This document shows, in pieces, positions 48,681 through 57,573 of a stretch of DNA of 64,000 bases; the stretch's first letter is position 1; each line of letters starts with the position of its first letter. The stretch covers positions 1 through 64,000 of the forward strand of contig JBCBJQ010000013.1 in NCBI GenBank assembly GCA_038523235.1, given 5' to 3'. The notes under the pieces are model-generated. The model saw nothing but the letters and a program-made list of their open reading frames with translations. It made no database searches and was not told the DNA's origin. Source of the stretch: Cyanobacteria bacterium J06626_4. GTDB lineage: Bacteria; Cyanobacteriota; Cyanobacteriia; Phormidesmidales; Phormidesmidaceae. The position numbers and the translations under genes are program-made.

Positions 48681-49718
48681 ATGACGGTGTTAGAAAAGGC
48701 GCGGCTGTTTTGTCCAGACAGTTCGTCGCTCGACTTTCAATTTATGTTTAACCCTGACAAGGTGCAGTTTAAAGAAGCAGTCAAAGTGGGCGAGTCGGAG
48801 TCGGCGCGGACGGAAAGTGGTCGCCCCAAGGTGAGTTTTGAATATCCCAAAGCGCGATCGCTGCGACTCAAAAAAGTCATGTTTGACACCTACGAATCGG
48901 GTGAAGACATTATGGCGGTGTATATCGATCCGCTGCGGCAGTCGGTGCAGTTTCAAGGGTATTCCACTGGGGACACTTACCTGCCGCGTCCGCCCATCTA
49001 TAAATTTATTTGGGGCGATAAAGACTACATCACCTGCTTTGTCGAAAAGCTCGATTACAAACTCACAATGTTCCTCGCCAATGGCACACCGGTGCGGGCG
49101 GAAGTGAATCTTTCGCTCAAGGAAGTGGATGATTCTTTTTTATCTTCTGAGGCGCGAAGTTATGACGCCGAGCTGTTTGGCGATCGCGATACGCGCACTC
49201 AACCGCCCGCCGCGATCTCCGTCTCAGAGGCCAACGAATATTATTTGGCTGACCTCAAGGAGCAATGTGAATCGGGGACTGATGAAGCCGAGGCAAAACG
49301 CGAAGAGGCCAAAGAGAACTATGACCCTGAGGGCAAAGTTCAGCTGTTTAAACATTCCAATAAACAAGGCGACAGTGTCGAGTTTGGCGAGGGCGAATTC
49401 GATCGCGGGGACCTCGGTGATTTGGGCAATAACAACATGACGTCTTTTTTTGTACCCGCCGGTTATCGCGTCACTTTTTACGAAGACTCTAACTTTGGTG
49501 GCACCAGTGTTTCAGCGGTGGGTGAGATCTATATCGCCAATGTCAGAGACGATTCTCGGTACAACCGCTTCAACGATGATCTGTCGAGTTTGGTGGTGAC
49601 GGTGGATGAAGATGCCAAGGATCGATATGACGAGCTGATGGCAGAGGCTGATGCTTTGGAATCAGGTGCTCAAGCAGCCTGTGATGAATATCAGGAGCGT
49701 CAGGATTGGTATGGCTAA
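48681..49718 (+). CDS. CIS tube initiator (Afp7/Pvc7-like) fused to a beta/gamma-crystallin domain
   Basis: N-terminal LEKARL, FMFNPDKV, MFDTYE, RPPIYKFIWG, TMFLANGTPVRAEVNLSLKEV; C-terminal crystallin motifs NNNMTSFFVPAGYRVTFYEDSNFGG and FNDDLSSLVV. Confidence 0.82.
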   Translation: MTVLEKARLFCPDSSSLDFQFMFNPDKVQFKEAVKVGESESARTESGRPKVSFEYPKARSLRLKKVMFDTYESGEDIMAVYIDPLRQSVQFQGYSTGDTYLPRPPIYKFIWGDKDYITCFVEKLDYKLTMFLANGTPVRAEVNLSLKEVDDSFLSSEARSYDAELFGDRDTRTQPPAAISVSEANEYYLADLKEQCESGTDEAEAKREEAKENYDPEGKVQLFKHSNKQGDSVEFGEGEFDRGDLGDLGNNNMTSFFVPAGYRVTFYEDSNFGGTSVSAVGEIYIANVRDDSRYNRFNDDLSSLVVTVDEDAKDRYDELMAEADALESGAQAACDEYQERQDWYG

Positions 49719-49724
49719 TCGGTA

Positions 49725-49875
49725 AACCTCACCGCCTGCGGCACCTTTCCTTCTCTTGGGCGTAGCCTGCCCAGAGGGCTTTGGAGAGGCTCACCTAAAG
49801 TCTGTTCAGGGATTTACCTCAAATGAGACAAGAACTCCGGTTCCTCTCCTTACTAAGGAGAGGCTAGGTGAGGTT
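49725..49875. repeat. Cyanobacterial palindromic repeat / MITE-like element
   Basis: Termini AACCTCACC...GGTGAGGTT; internal palindrome CCTCTCCTTACTAAGGAGAGG plus a degenerate left copy. Confidence 0.6.
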
Positions 49876-50020
49876 CTACAGCTCTTTGAATAGGGTGTAG
49901 TGACCTTTGAGAGATAGCCAAACCTCAAGGAACACGTTTCTGCCCACATCTGATTTAGCTGACCTGATGCCTTAATTTATTCACCCAGATTTCTGTTCCA
50001 GACCTTACTCACTTTTAACC

Positions 50021-51838
50021 GTGGCAACTGTAACCTACGTCCCCATTCCCTATTTAGAACTCGGTGGCCAAGCCGTGCCCGATGAGCTGATTAACGACAT
50101 TCAGCAGCTATCGGTCGAAGAGAGCCTGCATTTACCAGCGACCTTCACCATCGTGATCGAAAACCCCTATTATCCGGGCAACGATAACGAATCGCCCTGG
50201 CGCTACGACGAATACTTCACCCTGGGGCAGACGGTGCGCATTGGGTTTCAATCAAGCACCACGACGGATACCGCGTTCAGTGAGCCGAAGATGAGCTACC
50301 TGATCGAAGGGGAAATCACGGGCATCGAAAGTCACTTCAGCGCCGAATCGCAGGCCCCCGTCATTGTGCGAGGCTACGACACTTCTCATCGCCTGCATCG
50401 GGGTCGCCATAACCGTTCGTATCAAGACTACAAAGACAGCGATATTGTGGCCGAGATTGCCGCCCAAGTCGGCATCGAAATTGGTCAGCTAGACGACAGC
50501 GGCGACCCCCGCGCCTACGTGTTTCAAGAAAACCAGACCAACATGGAATTTCTGCGGTATCGCGCGGCACGGCTAGGCTTTGAGCTATTTGTGCGTGACG
50601 GCAAGCTCTATTTTCGGCAACCGACGGTAGATGACCAACTGGCACTGCAGTGGCTGCAAGATTTTGGTGGTTTTCAGGTGCGGGTGACGACGGCGGAGCA
50701 GGTGAGCGGGGTGGAAGTGCGGAGTTGGGATTATGCCAATAAGCGAGCAATCGTCTCCACCGCCCAAGCCACTGCCCCGCTGACCCAAACCGAATATGGC
50801 CAGGGGGCGGACTTGTCGGTGGGCTTTGGCCTCTCGAACGAGCCGCCTAAAGCCTATGTGGTGGATAAACCGGTGGAAAGCGCTAAAGAAGCCGACGCGA
50901 TCGCCCAGGCGCTGTTTGATGAACTGGGTGGCGAATTTACCGTGGCCGATGCCCAGGCGGAGGGCAACCCCGAGATTCGCACTGGGCGGCAGGTGACGCT
51001 GACCGATATGGGCAAATACAGCGGCGACTATTACATCACCGAAACCCGCCACCTTTACTACAACCGGCGCTACACTACCGATTTTGGTGTGCGGGGTTTG
51101 CGGGGCGGTAACCGGCTAGGTGATTTGCTGAGTCAACCCCAGCTGCGACCGGGGCAGACGTTTTTGGTAGGCATTGTCACGAACAATCAAGACCCCGACG
51201 AGCTGGGCCGTGTACGGGTGCGGTTTCCGACCCTGACGCCGCAGGAAGATGGCAGCGCCCACGAAAGTAACTGGGCGCGAATCGTTGCCGTGGGGGCGGG
51301 GGACGATCGCGGTTTCTATTGCCTGCCCGAAATTGAGGATGAGGTGCTGGTGGGGTTTGAGCATGGCGACATTCACCGCCCCTACGTTTTGGGCAACGTG
51401 TGGAATGGCACCGACGCCCCACCCCACGCGGTATCCGACACGGTGAATCGGGGTAAAGTGCGCCTGCGGACGTTGCGGACGCGCACCGGCCATCAGATGC
51501 AGTTTGTTGAAGAAGACCAAAACGCCAGCCAGGCCGGGATTTCGCTAGAGACGGCGGCGGGGGCACAGGTGTCGCTCAACGACAGCACCGGCACCATCAC
51601 GATCGCCACCCCCAATGGACATCAGCTCAGCTTTAGCGATAGTCAAGGGGGCATTACGATGCAATCGCAGGGCGGCCATGAGATTACCCTTAACGATGCG
51701 CTGCAGGTGCTCACGGTGCGATCGACTGGCATCCTCAACCTGCAAGCCACGACGGCGATCAACATTCAGGCGATCGGGCCGATTAATCTGCAGGGGGCGC
51801 TGGTCAATTCCGTACCGCCGCCTAACCAGCCGTTTTGA
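50021..51838 (+). CDS. VgrG-like spike/hub protein (Afp8-like)
   Basis: gp27-like part (RGYDTSHRLHRG, FQENQTNMEFLR); gp5 OB-fold (GIVTNNQDPDELGRVRVRFP, WAR, LPEIEDEVLVGFEHGD); short beta-helix repeats. Confidence 0.92.
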   Translation: MATVTYVPIPYLELGGQAVPDELINDIQQLSVEESLHLPATFTIVIENPYYPGNDNESPWRYDEYFTLGQTVRIGFQSSTTTDTAFSEPKMSYLIEGEITGIESHFSAESQAPVIVRGYDTSHRLHRGRHNRSYQDYKDSDIVAEIAAQVGIEIGQLDDSGDPRAYVFQENQTNMEFLRYRAARLGFELFVRDGKLYFRQPTVDDQLALQWLQDFGGFQVRVTTAEQVSGVEVRSWDYANKRAIVSTAQATAPLTQTEYGQGADLSVGFGLSNEPPKAYVVDKPVESAKEADAIAQALFDELGGEFTVADAQAEGNPEIRTGRQVTLTDMGKYSGDYYITETRHLYYNRRYTTDFGVRGLRGGNRLGDLLSQPQLRPGQTFLVGIVTNNQDPDELGRVRVRFPTLTPQEDGSAHESNWARIVAVGAGDDRGFYCLPEIEDEVLVGFEHGDIHRPYVLGNVWNGTDAPPHAVSDTVNRGKVRLRTLRTRTGHQMQFVEEDQNASQAGISLETAAGAQVSLNDSTGTITIATPNGHQLSFSDSQGGITMQSQGGHEITLNDALQVLTVRSTGILNLQATTAINIQAIGPINLQGALVNSVPPPNQPF

Positions 51839-52203
51839 TGGTGAGAGTCAATCGTCAATGCAGCTAAACCACCCCCAGAGCTGGAACCGGATGACTAGCG
51901 CGAAGCTGTGGAATACAGCTCTTTGATTTGAGTTTGACATAACCAAAGGACATCGCCCTCAAGAGTTGTAGTGCGAGTCAGACTGCCCCAAACCTGAATC
52001 GGGATCTTTGCGCTTGAGAAATTCGTGCAGGAGGCGGACAGTAACCCTGCTGATTTTGTGGGTCGGGTCGGATTGATTGAGATTGGTGTGATCGCCAAAG
52101 AATAAGTGATATAAACGTTTTCGCAAGACTCGCCAAAGGTCGAATGTCAGGACCAGCACGACAAGATAAACCTGGAACAGGCACCCAGGAACTCTAAACC
52201 GCT

Positions 52204-52635
52204 GTGGCTTCTCAACCCTCTAACTTGTCTACTCCCCTCCATCTCGGCACCGGGTTTGCCTATCCGCTCGGGGTCAGCCCTCAGGGCAACCTGCAGGTGA
52301 GCCGGGGTGAACAAAGCGTGCGCGAATCGATGTGGCTGATTTTGCGAACTCGACCGGGTGAGCGGCTACGCCGTCCGGAGTTTGGCTGCCGTCTGCAAGA
52401 GCTGACCTTTGCCCCGCTCAACCAAAAAACGCTGGTGGAGATGCGGCTGCATGTCGAAGCAGCGCTGAAAACCTGGGAGCGGCGCATTTTCGTCGATGAG
52501 GTGCGGGTTGATCCGCAGGCCGAGCTGGGACGGGTGGATATCACGATCGCCTATCGTCTGCGAGACACCTATAGCGCGGGCAGCTTAGTCTATCCGTTTT
52601 ATTTGCAGCCGCTGGAAGTGAGCACCGCCCCGTAA
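52204..52635 (+). CDS. GPW/gp25 family baseplate protein (Afp9-like)
   Basis: LGTGFAYP, ILRTRPGERLRRPEFGCRL, WERRI, LVYPFY. Confidence 0.92.
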   Translation: MASQPSNLSTPLHLGTGFAYPLGVSPQGNLQVSRGEQSVRESMWLILRTRPGERLRRPEFGCRLQELTFAPLNQKTLVEMRLHVEAALKTWERRIFVDEVRVDPQAELGRVDITIAYRLRDTYSAGSLVYPFYLQPLEVSTAP

Positions 52636-52683
52636 CCGCCGCGCCGCCTGACTCAAGCCCCCTCGATTTACCATTAGGAGCCA

Positions 52684-54897
52684 ATGCCGGGTATGGAGTT
52701 TGATTTTCTGCCCAATCTGCCCAAATCGAACCTGGACGATCGCACCTTTGAGGACTTGGTCGAAGAATGTCTGCAGCGCATTCCTCGCTATTGCCCCGAG
52801 TGGACGAACCACAATCCCAGCGATCCGGGCATTACCCTGGTGGAACTCTTTTCGTGGCTGACGGACCAAATGCTGGGGCGCTTTAACCAGGTGCCGCGCC
52901 GGCAATATGTCGCCTTTTTAGAACTGCTGGGCATTCGCCTGCAGCCACCGACTCCTGCCCAGGTGGAGATGACCTTTTACCTCAGCAGCGCCCTGCCGCA
53001 GCTCTACACCATTCCGGCAGGTATTGAGCTAGCCACCGAACGCATCACCTCCGAAGAGGCGATCGTCTTCACCACCGAAGCCCCCCTCGCCATTGGCTGT
53101 CCCCACATTCGCCACGTCTTAACCGCGCCCCAGGCCGAAACCATGCCCCAGAGCCTGCGCGATCGCCTGGCCAATCGCTGGTCAGAGACGGGGGCAGGCG
53201 ACTGGGGTGGCCCCGAGCTGGCTCTGTTTAACGAGCAGCCCCAGCCCGGCAACTGTTTCTATCTGGTGTTTGACGAGGCCGACCCGCTTGACGGCAACGC
53301 GATCGCCCTTACCGTTAAGGGACAGCAGGCGACACCCACTGGCATCAACCCCACCCTGCCGCCCCGCCGCTGGGAAGCGTGGGATGGCGAGCAGTGGCAG
53401 CCAATTCTGGATCGCGAAGTGGATGATGAAACCCAGGGCTTTAGCTTTAGCGAGCTGGCCCGTCAGGGGGGCAATCCGCTGCAGGGGGCCGACGTGCTGC
53501 TGCATCTGCCGGTGGAATGGCCCGCCGTGCAGTTCACCACCTATCGCGGCCGCTGGCTGCGCTGCGTCTGTTTACCGGCGGCTGACCAGCGCACCCCCTA
53601 CGAAGCCACTCCGCGCATCACCGGCCTCGCCTGTCGGTCGGTGGGCGGCACCGTGCGCGCTAGTCAATGCACCCAAATCGAACGCGAGCTGCTGGGCATC
53701 AGCACCGGAGAGCCGGGTCAAACCTTTACTCTCGCTTCGACTCCGGTGTTGCCCCGCCAGGCCGACGAACATATCGTCACGGTCGATGCCCTGGGTACCC
53801 CCCGCCGCTGGATCGAGGTGAATGACTTCGCCGATTCCGGGCCGCAAGACTTGCACTACACGCTCGATGCGGGGCAGGGCACGATTCAATTTGGTCCCCA
53901 GGTGCGCGAGGCCAGTTCCCTCCGGGCTCAGGTCGCGGCCCAGGCCGGGGGACAAACCGAGTTACTGCGGGGCGCGCGATCGCGATCGCTGGCCCTCGCC
54001 GCTAGCCAACCAGAGGCCGCCGCCCTCGAACATCAGTATGGCGCCGTGGCCCCTCGGGGCAGTCGCATTTTTATGGCGGCCTATCGCACCGGCGGCGGCA
54101 TCAAAGGCAATGTGCAGGCGGGCACTGTGCGGGTGCTCAAAACCGCCGTACCCTATGTCACCCAGGTAATTAACCGACAACCAGCCCGCCACGGCTCCGA
54201 CGGTGAAACCTTAGATCAGGCGGTGATTCGGGTGCCGAAACTGCTACGCAGCCGCGATCGCGCCGTCACCCCCGAAGATTTTGAAACCCTGACGCTGCAG
54301 GCCGGGCAGGGCGCTGTGGCCCGCGCCCGTTGCCTGCCGGTCACCACCGACGGGGCGGGTACCGTGCGAGTGCTGGTGATTCCCCAAGCCGATACGACCA
54401 CGATTGATCAGGGGCTGGGGCTGGCCCCGGCGGCGCTGAGCTTGGAACCGCTGCTAGAACAGCAAATTCTCAGCTATTTGGATGAGCGGCGGCTGTTGGG
54501 AGTGCAGGTTACCTGCGCCGAGCCCGACTATACCGGCGTCTCGGTGCAAGCCGAGCTGTTTTTAGAGCCCGCCTTTAACCACGCCGAAGGCCGTGAAGAC
54601 GTGCTGCAGCGGCTGCGGTTGGCTCTGTATCGCCAGTTCAACCCGTTGATTGGTGGCCCCGATGGCCAGGGCTGGCCCTTTGGTCGGCCGGTCTATATCG
54701 CTGACGTGATCGCCCTCTTCCAGGCCTTTCCGCAAATTCGGCAAATTGGGGCGGTGCAGCTGTTTGAGGTGCGCCATCAGGGCGATCGCTGGCAGCGCCT
54801 ACCGCCCGCTTCGGTGATTGATCCGGGCCGCGAAGGCACGATTTGTTCTTGGTTTGACCGCCATCTCAACTCAGGGCATTTCCTGAGTTGTTACTGA
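52684..54897 (+). CDS. Baseplate J-like assembly protein (Afp11-like)
   Basis: LDDRTFEDLV...RIPRYCPEWTNHNPSDPGITLVELF, YRTGGGIKGNV, RDRAVTPEDFE, YLDERRLLG, GWPFGR. Confidence 0.92.
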   Translation: MPGMEFDFLPNLPKSNLDDRTFEDLVEECLQRIPRYCPEWTNHNPSDPGITLVELFSWLTDQMLGRFNQVPRRQYVAFLELLGIRLQPPTPAQVEMTFYLSSALPQLYTIPAGIELATERITSEEAIVFTTEAPLAIGCPHIRHVLTAPQAETMPQSLRDRLANRWSETGAGDWGGPELALFNEQPQPGNCFYLVFDEADPLDGNAIALTVKGQQATPTGINPTLPPRRWEAWDGEQWQPILDREVDDETQGFSFSELARQGGNPLQGADVLLHLPVEWPAVQFTTYRGRWLRCVCLPAADQRTPYEATPRITGLACRSVGGTVRASQCTQIERELLGISTGEPGQTFTLASTPVLPRQADEHIVTVDALGTPRRWIEVNDFADSGPQDLHYTLDAGQGTIQFGPQVREASSLRAQVAAQAGGQTELLRGARSRSLALAASQPEAAALEHQYGAVAPRGSRIFMAAYRTGGGIKGNVQAGTVRVLKTAVPYVTQVINRQPARHGSDGETLDQAVIRVPKLLRSRDRAVTPEDFETLTLQAGQGAVARARCLPVTTDGAGTVRVLVIPQADTTTIDQGLGLAPAALSLEPLLEQQILSYLDERRLLGVQVTCAEPDYTGVSVQAELFLEPAFNHAEGREDVLQRLRLALYRQFNPLIGGPDGQGWPFGRPVYIADVIALFQAFPQIRQIGAVQLFEVRHQGDRWQRLPPASVIDPGREGTICSWFDRHLNSGHFLSCY

Positions 54898-54946
54898 TGT
54901 TGCCGCCCCGGTGCCGGCGACTCTTGCTCCGTCTGGGAGGTTTTTG

Positions 54947-56002
54947 ATGACCCTAGCCCTCGATCATCCCGCCCTCACCCTGCGCTTTACCCCCATGGAT
55001 GTGCCCGTGACACGTCCATGGGAGGAGCGATCGCCCACGCTGGCGGCCAATCTCCCGGCGGTGGTCAATCCCCTAGTGCTATATCCGGGGGAACCGACAG
55101 AGGCGGCAATTTTGGTGGCAAACGAGAGCGATCGCCCGCTCGATCTGTCAGTGGTGGTGGGCGGCGACTTTCCTGTCGAGTGGTGTCAGGTGCTGCGATC
55201 GCACCCCACCCTGGCGCCGGGCGAAGGGACCACGGCGATTCTGCTCTTTCAGGTGCCCGCCGATTATTTTGAACGGGCTGCTGCCCCTGCAGAATCGGAC
55301 GGCCTGCCGCTGGAATACCACGGTCACCTGCGCTGCTTGAGCGCTAATTCAGGCGGCACCGCTCAGCTGGTGCGGGCGATCGAATTTACCCTCTACCTGC
55401 GCCCCCGCAGCCTCTATCTCGACTTTTTGCCCGAGCTGTACCGCGAGGTCGATTTTGTCGGTCGCCTGCTCAAGGTATTTGAGATGGCCTTTGAGCCCGA
55501 CGTCCGTACCCTCGACGGGCTCTGGGCCTATCTCAATCCGCGCCTAGCCCCGGCAGGGATGCTGCCCTTTTTGGCCCACTGGGTCGGCTGGCCGCTTTCA
55601 TCGGATCTGAGCCTCGATCAGCAGCGCGATCTGATTGCCCGCGCCCTGGAGATTTATCGCTGGCGGGGTACGCAGCGGGGGCTGCGGCTGTCGCTGCATT
55701 TAGCAACGGGCCTGCCGCTCGACAAGCCCGCTGGGGGAGAACCGGCGATCGCCATTCAAGAAACCTTTGGCTCGGGACTGGTACTGGGCGAAACCCACCT
55801 GGGGCCAGAGGCGATCATCGGCGGCACCAAACCCTTCCACTTTCACGTAACGCTACGGCAGCCCCCCGGCTTCGCCCTCGATGAAGCCCTGATTCGCAAA
55901 ACCATCGAACGAGAAAAACCCGCCTTTTGTACCTACGAGCTAGCAATTCTATCCGCTACTGCCCGTCTCCCGTCCCCCGGATCAGCGGCAACCGTTCCCT
56001 AG
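54947..56002 (+). CDS. Phage tail / P2 gpI-like baseplate wedge protein with N-terminal Ig-like domain (Afp12-like)
   Basis: YLDFLPELYR, FVGRLLKVFE, LPFLAHWVGW, YRWRGTQRGL, IEREKPAFCTY; SD GGGAGG before ATG 54947. Confidence 0.85.
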   Translation: MTLALDHPALTLRFTPMDVPVTRPWEERSPTLAANLPAVVNPLVLYPGEPTEAAILVANESDRPLDLSVVVGGDFPVEWCQVLRSHPTLAPGEGTTAILLFQVPADYFERAAAPAESDGLPLEYHGHLRCLSANSGGTAQLVRAIEFTLYLRPRSLYLDFLPELYREVDFVGRLLKVFEMAFEPDVRTLDGLWAYLNPRLAPAGMLPFLAHWVGWPLSSDLSLDQQRDLIARALEIYRWRGTQRGLRLSLHLATGLPLDKPAGGEPAIAIQETFGSGLVLGETHLGPEAIIGGTKPFHFHVTLRQPPGFALDEALIRKTIEREKPAFCTYELAILSATARLPSPGSAATVP

Positions 56003-56122
56003 TCGCCCCTCTAGCTCCCCCGCCCCCCAGTGATGCCCCCCTAACTCCCCTGCCCCCTAGCCCCCCGGTTCTCCTACTCCCCCACTCCCTCCACCCTCTA
56101 CTCCCCACTCCCTCACCCCCGC
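56003..56122 (+). repeat. C-rich degenerate short tandem repeat tract (STRR-like)
   Basis: Roughly 8-nt periodic units such as ccccctag, cccactcc and cctactcc fill the intergenic space. Confidence 0.65.
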
Positions 56123-56126
56123 TGCC

Positions 56127-57524
56127 ATGACCGGTTTTCTCAGTCCTAATCCAGCCTCTTTCCCAGTTGCCGCGATCGCCCCACTACGGCGCTTGGCGGT
56201 GCGCAATGGCTTGCTGCTGGATGCCGAACGGTGGCAGGTGGCCCACGACTACCATCGTCAGCGTCAAAACCTGCACTATCAGGCGCTGCACCTGCCGGGC
56301 ATCGTCTGCGGTCTGGAGGTCGCAGTGGGGCCACCGCCCGCTGAAGTGAGTGCGCGCTATCGCGATCAGCGCTGGCTGCAGGTGAGTCCGGGCGTGGCGA
56401 TCGACGCCCACGGCAATCTGGTCGTGGTTGATCAGCCGGTGTCAGTGCATCTGGCCTCTCTGGCCGAGGCGCAGCCCCACTGGGTCTATCTGGTGGTGCG
56501 CCATGTTGATCCCGAAGGCCTGCAGCGATCGCAGCCCACCGAAATCATCGCGGAAACCTTTCGCCTAGACGAAAAGAAGCAGCCCCCCGACCCCTTAGAC
56601 ATTGAAATCTGTCGCATTCTGCTGCCTCCCAGTGACGGCCCCCTCTTGCCCGCTGCCGATGTGTTTGCCCCCGAGGTGGGCGAGATTGATCTGCGGTATC
56701 GCCAGCCGGCGCAGCTGCGGCCCCAGGCGTTAGTCAAAGTCGCCTATGCGCAGACGGCTCTCGCGTCGGAAGATCAGCGAATCCGCCACAGTCTCCAGAC
56801 GCTATTGGATGCCACCCAGGCTCTGTATCCGGCGCTGCAGGGAGAGGCCGATCTGCAGGCTGTCAATTTGAATGTCGCCGAGGCCGCGTCATCCGAGACC
56901 GCGTCCCCGGAGCCAGTGGACTGCGACCTGTTTTATCTCACCCACCGTCAGTGTTTAGGGCTGTCACCGCCTGCGATCGCCACGCTGCAGCAGCACCTAC
57001 ACCAGGGGGGCGTACTGCTGGTTGAGCTACCCAGCCGCGACGGCAACTTTGAAGAGATGCACGCCATCGGACGCGAACTCGACACCGCTGTGGCCGATCT
57101 AGAGGGATCGCAACGCTTTGCGGATCTGCGATCGCAGCTAGCCACTGAACAGGTAGCGGTCACCGCGAGTTTAGACAGTCGCCTGGCCGCCGCCCAGCAG
57201 ACCCTACGCCAGCACTTGACTCAGCCGGATTGGACGGCGCCCCCCCTAGCCGCCCCCCCGGCGGATCATCCTCTGCGGCGATCGCCCTTCGCGTTTTCCC
57301 AATGGCCGGTGATTCGCCAGGCACCATTGCGGCTCTACAGCGGCGGTGGCATCGTGCTGGCCCTGGGCGATTTATCCCTGGCTTGGGCTGCCAGTCCCGA
57401 GCTGGCCCTGCCGCGTGACCGGGTGCGCGCCGCCCACGAGCTGGGCATTAACCTGCTGCATTTTGCCTGGCAGCGCCATCACTGGACGCAAATTCAACAG
57501 TCTGCGCCGATTGCCGCCGCTTAA
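56127..57524 (+). CDS. CIS baseplate-associated protein with C-terminal DUF4159-like domain
   Basis: N-terminal RLAVRNGLLLDAERWQVAHDYHRQRQ...PGIVCGLEV and VSPGVAIDAHG; C-terminal HQGGVLLVE, DHPLRRSPF, GDLSLAW, AHELGINLLHFAW. Confidence 0.7.
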   Translation: MTGFLSPNPASFPVAAIAPLRRLAVRNGLLLDAERWQVAHDYHRQRQNLHYQALHLPGIVCGLEVAVGPPPAEVSARYRDQRWLQVSPGVAIDAHGNLVVVDQPVSVHLASLAEAQPHWVYLVVRHVDPEGLQRSQPTEIIAETFRLDEKKQPPDPLDIEICRILLPPSDGPLLPAADVFAPEVGEIDLRYRQPAQLRPQALVKVAYAQTALASEDQRIRHSLQTLLDATQALYPALQGEADLQAVNLNVAEAASSETASPEPVDCDLFYLTHRQCLGLSPPAIATLQQHLHQGGVLLVELPSRDGNFEEMHAIGRELDTAVADLEGSQRFADLRSQLATEQVAVTASLDSRLAAAQQTLRQHLTQPDWTAPPLAAPPADHPLRRSPFAFSQWPVIRQAPLRLYSGGGIVLALGDLSLAWAASPELALPRDRVRAAHELGINLLHFAWQRHHWTQIQQSAPIAAA

Positions 57525-57573
57525 CGGCCCAGTTCTCAGCTGCTGTTTCTTACCCTCCTCTGTTCTCAACTCT

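Noticed and set aside
43083..57524. Prophage or type VI secretion system interpretation
   Set aside because: No capsid, portal, terminase or integrase genes and no TssJ/L/M or ClpV; the gene set and order fit an eCIS
57346..57573. N-terminal extension of the 806-aa ORF
   Set aside because: Overlaps the DUF4159-like gene; similarity with the 18121 paralog begins only after ATG 57574
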